A stretch of DNA of 64,000 bases from Diplonema japonicum (Eukaryota > Protista > Euglenozoa: Diplonemea): assembly GCA_964019335.1 (NCBI GenBank), contig OZ025693.1, positions 434,001 through 498,000 of the forward strand. Reading direction: 5' to 3'. Below the pieces are notes generated by a model, which saw nothing but the letters and a program-made list of their open reading frames with translations, searched no databases and had not been told where the DNA came from. The position numbers and the translations under genes were made by a program. This document shows, in pieces, positions 59,330-64,000 of this stretch. The number at the start of each line of letters is the position of its first letter. Positions within the stretch are counted from its first letter, which is position 1.

Positions 59330-61167
59330 ATGAGCAACTGGCGAGACGGCGCTGTTTCCAAGTTGGCCTCTCTGAGACAGCCAAGAAGAACGTTCAATAG
59401 GAATTATGCAGCGGACAATGTGGGTGACACACGTAGGCCACGTAACCAAGCACATCAACTTGTTGATACTACAATCAACAGCTTGGAGGAAATTATGCAT
59501 GCCCAGAGCGAAGACATCGACGGTCTTCGATCTCGTGTAAGCAGCACAGCTGCTAGCGCTGCATTTCAATTGGATTCTGATTCATATCTTTTAGATGCTG
59601 CCGCCTCGCAGCTTGAACGTGCATCGCATCACACAACTGTTTTGCAGAACTTCTACACCCAGCAAACCACTAAATCCTTTTCCACAGAAGGCACCCAAAC
59701 TCGATTTCCTCATTTATCAACTGCTACCCAAACAGAATGCAAACTTCATTCAGCAGCAGTTCAAACATCGACTAAACGACTGACCCTTTCTGCATCCGAT
59801 TTATTTACCTCAATTAGCACTTCTACATCAGAGTCGAAGACTACATCTAACATTGCATCAGTTCAGACAACTAACATCTCATCTTCTTCATTAAGCTGCG
59901 TACATTACGTCCCATTTTCGCTACACCCATCTGATGTCATCAATGAATCTCCTCATGATGAGCTTCACACTCTTCGCTCAATAGTTAAAGACCTCCAGTC
60001 TAGTATCTCTGAGTCACTCAGTCTTCAATCAGTTTTGCAGACCTCTCTTGGTACACAATCCTACAATCGTCTTCGTCATTTAGTTTCACCCCTTGCTCCT
60101 ACACATGCATCTCCACTCCGTCTTTCACGTACTCAACGGGACACATTCTTTGCTTCTCCACAACAGACTCCACTTCCTTCTAATACAAGTAACACTCCTG
60201 TACCTCTTCTTCCTCGGGAACAAGAACAGGACCCCCCGAAAACGGGCCCCGAGAACTTCGTGCGGGAGATCGTGGAGGAGCTGGTGGACAAGGTGGCGCC
60301 CGCCCCGAACCTGGACGCACTGCTGCGCGAAAACGCAGAGCTCAGCGAGAAGCTGCAGGCGCTCCGCGGACGCGCCGCAGAGGAGGTCCTGCTATCGACG
60401 GCGGAGACCGTGCGCGTTGGGAGAAGGGATCCAAAACAACAACTAACCGCGTCCTCGCAGGAGCTGCAGTCCCTTGTGGACGAGGAGGTGCGCGCAGCCG
60501 AGGGGGAGCGAGCGCAAACCTGCGGTGTCGAGGTTGAGTACCTCCCTACGCCCGGGGAGCAGCGCGCGGTGGAGCTCGAGGGGATGGCCTGGGAGGACCT
60601 GAAGGCCGCGGTCGTGGAAGCGGAGGCGAAGTGCGTGGTCTTGGAGAGCAACCTTAACCGTCTTCCTTTTGCGGCGCCTCTTCTTCCTCGGGAACAAGAA
60701 CAGGACCCCCCGAAAACGGGCCCCGAGAACTTCGTGCGGGAGATCGTGGAGGAGCTGGTGGACAAGGTGGCGCCCGCCCCGAACCTGGACGCACTGCTGC
60801 GCGAAAACGCAGAGCTCAGCGAGAAGCTGCAGGCGCTCCGCGGACGCGCCGCAGAGGAGGTCCTGCTATCGACGGCGGAGACCGTGCGCGTTGGGAGAAG
60901 GGATCCAAAACAACAACTAACCGCGTCCTCGCAGGAGCTGCAGTCCCTTGTGGACGAGGAGGTGCGCGCAGCCGAGGGGGAGCGAGCGCAAACCTGCGGT
61001 GTCGAGGTTGAGTACCTCCCTACGCCCGGGGAGCAGCGCGCGGTGGAGCTCGAGGGGATGGCCTGGGAGGACCTGAAGGCCGCGGTCGTGGAAGCGGAGG
61101 CGAAGTGCGTGGTCTTGGAGAGCAACCTTAACCGTCTTCCTTTTGCGGCGCCTCTTCTTCCTCGGGA
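59330..61167 (+). CDS. Repetitive coiled-coil protein with 474-bp tandem units; truncated by assembly gap
   Basis: Open from ATG 59330 (after TTACAG) to the Ns; Ser/Thr-rich part with xQT motifs, then repeat units. Probable 51-nt introns at 60410-60460 and 60884-60934. Confidence 0.65.
60203..61167 (+). repeat. 474-bp tandem repeat (2 apparently identical units plus the start of a third)
   Basis: CCTCTTCTTCCTCGGGA begins at 60203, 60677 and 61151. Confidence 0.95.
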
Positions 61168-61367
61168 NNNNNNNNNNNNNNNNNNNNNNNNNNNNNNNNN
61201 NNNNNNNNNNNNNNNNNNNNNNNNNNNNNNNNNNNNNNNNNNNNNNNNNNNNNNNNNNNNNNNNNNNNNNNNNNNNNNNNNNNNNNNNNNNNNNNNNNNN
61301 NNNNNNNNNNNNNNNNNNNNNNNNNNNNNNNNNNNNNNNNNNNNNNNNNNNNNNNNNNNNNNNNNNN
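61168..61367. other. Assembly gap (200 N)
   Basis: Run of N; true length and the adjacency of its flanks are unverified. Confidence 0.99.
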
Positions 61368-61436
61368 AGAGGCGCAGGCACGCAGAACACGAACGACCAA
61401 TAAAGTACAGAAACTGTAGCTTTAGAATCGTTGGTG
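61368..61436 (-). ncRNA. Spliced-leader RNA gene (or relic): exon 61435-61398, GT donor at 61397, intron part runs into the gap
   Basis: - strand reads C-ACCAACGATTCTAAAGCTACAGTTTCTGTACTTTATTG|GTCGTTCGTG. The 3' CAGTTTCTGTACTTTATTG is the conserved kinetoplastid/diplonemid SL end, and the 5' half resembles the Diplonema SL as I recall it. Sm site and terminator are not visible because of the gap. Confidence 0.8.
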
Positions 61437-61972
61437 GCCGTTTCCTTGTATCCCGCTCGGGAGGAGGATGTCCGCTGGCTTTGCACTTTTTTCCCAACTT
61501 TAAAAAACCAAGAGGTTGCTTTATTTCTCGTGCGGGTTTGCGGGTTTGCGGGTTGAGGAAGGGGGGGTGGGGGCCCAGGGGCCACGGGAAGGGGGATTTT
61601 TTCTGGGGGGAAAAAGTTTTTTTTCCCCGTTTCGACTTCGGGTGGTTCAACTTTTTCCCCCTTTTCAAACCGAAATGGCCTGCATACCACCGTGGGTTTT
61701 CCACTTTGGGGAAAATTTTTATGAGGGGTTTTTTGGTGATCATAGAGGGGTTAGACGAAATGTTATCAAAATTTCTGTACTTGGAAAAAAAAATTTTTTT
61801 TTCCACTCTGCCCATGCCCCTTAAGGGAAATTTTTGTACTTATAAAATATTTTTCTTTCCTAGAAAAAGATTTTTGTACTTAGAAAAGGAAATTCTTTTT
61901 CTTCCTTCTTTTTTTTTTTTTTTCCCCAATTTTAAAAAACCAAGTGATTGCTTTATTTCTCGTGCGGGTTTG

Positions 61973-61996
61973 TGTAGCTTTAGAATCGTTGGTGGC
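61973..61996 (-). repeat. Truncated second copy of the SL 5' end (24 bp)
   Basis: GCCACCAACGATTCTAAAGCTACA, identical to 61415-61438. Confidence 0.9.
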
Positions 61997-62538
61997 TAAC
62001 AAAATCTTTTTTAAAAAGAGAATGAAAAATAAAAAAGGGGGGTGCTCATTTCTCGTGCGGGTTGCTCAAAATGGCGACTTCCAAGGATAGCCCCCTATAA
62101 CCCCTTTGGGACATAGGGCGGGTCACTTAGCGAATATGGAGCGTGAATGAAAAGACTAGTTCCTTCTTATCTTAACACGGTTATTGATTGCTTGTACTCA
62201 TTTGCCAACCATTTTATCAAAATACTAGTTTTCATTTGTGAGTATTGTTGTGTTCCCTCTCAATGTTGCTGTTTCTTTTATGTTAGACAAATAGATAAAT
62301 CCCAATAGATCCCAATAGATCCCAATAGATAAATCCCAATAACGTCGGATCAGCTACCTTGGAACGCCCACATATTTCCGCTATTCTATTCCAATTCCAG
62401 GAGATGCACTTTTCTGCAAGCTAGTTTAGATCACGTTAATACTTCAAGGAATGTCTGACATTTGCTAAAGTAAGATGTGCATAAAGGGGTCTCTGTGAGG
62501 GCATGTGTCAACCCACATGTACTTCGTGACATGGACTG

Positions 62539-62572
<34 letters not shown>

Positions 62573-62696
62573 ATGAACAAGAAAAACAATTTTTTGAAAG
62601 ACAACGTACACGGTAACCAAATAACTTTTTTCCACCGTCGCCTTCAACTTGCAACTTTTTTTCCACCATCCACAGTAACCTGCAACTTTTTATCGG

Positions 62697-62868
62697 GAGT
62701 GAGTGAGTGAGTGAGTGAGTGAGTGAGTGAGTGAGTGAGTGAGTGAGTGAGTGAGTGAGTGAGTGAGTGAGTGAGTGAGTGAGTGAGTGAGTGAGTGAGT
62801 GAGTGAGTGAGTGAGTGAGTGAGTGAGTGAGTGAGTGAGTGAGTGAGTGAGTGAGTGAGTGAGTGAGT
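62697..62868. repeat. (GAGT)43 microsatellite followed by (GGGA)n and poly-G
   Basis: Perfect tetranucleotide array. Confidence 0.95.
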
Positions 62869-63365
62869 GTGGGAGGGAGGGAGGGAGGGAGGGAGGGAGG
62901 GAGGGAGAAGGGGGGGGGGGGGGGGGGGGGGGATGGGAAAAGGGGGGAGAAACGCAGTGTCTATACTTGTAGCACCGCCTGTGACAACGAGCCTCCAGAT
63001 GAACGGTTCTCATCTTCGCCTCCACATGGACCACGCAAGCCCAAGTTCCTGAAGATCTTCACCCTTGTTCCTGTCCAGGACCTCTCCCTCCCAAACCAGT
63101 TTGAACTTGTACCAACAGCTCCCCACCAAATCGATCCCTTATTTAACATCAGAGGCGAAGTACTGAGGTTTCAGATTGCCGCCCGACATGTTTGTTGACC
63201 TGGTTGGGAGTTGTGCTGAAAACAAAGGAGGAAAACAAGAACTGTAATATCAGCTAATTTTAGTCCGACAAGTGACACCATACAACAAAAAGGAAAAAAA
63301 AAAAAAAAAAGAAAAAAAAGCTGACGATAATTCCGAACAAAATTATTTCTTTATGAATGGTATCA

Positions 63366-64000
63366 CTACTCTCGTTCCTTCGTGGTTATCATGGTCAGCA
63401 CCTTGCCCTCGAACCTGTTGTGGTGTTGCTATTGCTGGAAAGCATACCCATTGCTCCTGTCGATGCCGTCCCACATGTACCCAGCTCTGATGCCAAAACG
63501 GTTTGCGGGTGAGATGCCATCGTAAAACTGTGGTGTGTAATGGTGTGTTGTGCACTGTGTACCTTTTGTCGTGTGGCTGCGCTCTCCGCAAACTCCTTTT
63601 CCTTTCGACGCTTTTCTTTCTTCTCTTTTTTACTTTTCTTTTCTTTCTTGCCTTTCTTATCCTTCTTAGCTTCACCTTCGTCCCCACCATCAAACCTGTG
63701 AGCGTGGTTGAAGTGTGGCCACATACATGTCTGTGTCCTTACGCATCATGTCCAGCAGAGGGTCGTCCATGCGGATCTCCTCTCGTTTGCGTTTCTTGTT
63801 CCGTTCTTCTTCTTCGTCACTGTCAGCTGCTGGTTCTTCTTGTTGTGCTTCCGACTGCACAATGCCACGGCCCCATTTCTGCTGTTCTTCAGTAAGCTCC
63901 TTCTTCGGGTTCTCTTTTTGTTCTTTTGGATTATAATCCAGTTCCTTTCCAGACCCCTTTGCGCGGTATCTGTAAAAAATAAATATGAGCTCGTCCGGGA
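63366..64000 (-). CDS. BUD13: BUD13/CWC26 (RES complex splicing factor), 3' part
   Basis: Exons 63969-63727, 63695-63563, 63527-63448, 63414-63366; introns 63696-63726 (31 nt), 63528-63562 (35 nt), 63415-63447 (33 nt), plus an acceptor at 63970. Spliced: KWGRGIVQ...RMDDPL...[21 protein letters not shown]|FEGK, the BUD13 signature NRF.I.PG.RWDG.DRSNGFE. Confidence 0.9.

Noticed and set aside
61368-61999. Continuation of the 59330 ORF beyond the gap
   Set aside because: Artefact of translating through Ns; the post-gap sequence is the non-coding SL locus.

Overview
Eukaryotic nuclear DNA from a euglenozoan, most likely a diplonemid. The main clue is a spliced-leader (SL) exon, ACCAACGATTCTAAAGCTACAGTTTCTGTACTTTATTG|GT, on the - strand at 61398-61435. 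Genes sit in kinetoplastid-like directional clusters: 18 genes on - (1-44.1 kb), an 8.5-kb repeat-rich divergent strand-switch region (44.1-52.7 kb), 4 genes on + (52.7-61.2 kb), then a 200-N gap, the SL locus and a - strand BUD13 gene. The ORF track misreads many genes because they carry tiny GT-AG introns. I reconstructed 22 by hand: 20 are 31-60 nt, 14 start GTATG, most have A/C-rich rather than pyrimidine-rich 3' ends, and they cluster at gene 3' ends. Splicing yields a DENN-PDZ-polyQ protein, a degenerate mitochondrial DEAD-box helicase, and complete UTP6, DBP7, PPP phosphatase, LRR and alpha-actinin genes. Four observations stand out. (1) The SL RNA-like gene folds into a long hairpin, and its first 24 bp are duplicated around a 534-bp insert carrying a repeated upstream motif. 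(2) Repeats in the strand-switch region show CpG-specific decay: all 7 differences between two 465-bp inverted copies are CpG losses. (3) A dispersed repeat family flips orientation with the gene clusters. (4) The mini-intron system itself is unusual. All calls come from manual reading of the sequence; no database searches were run.
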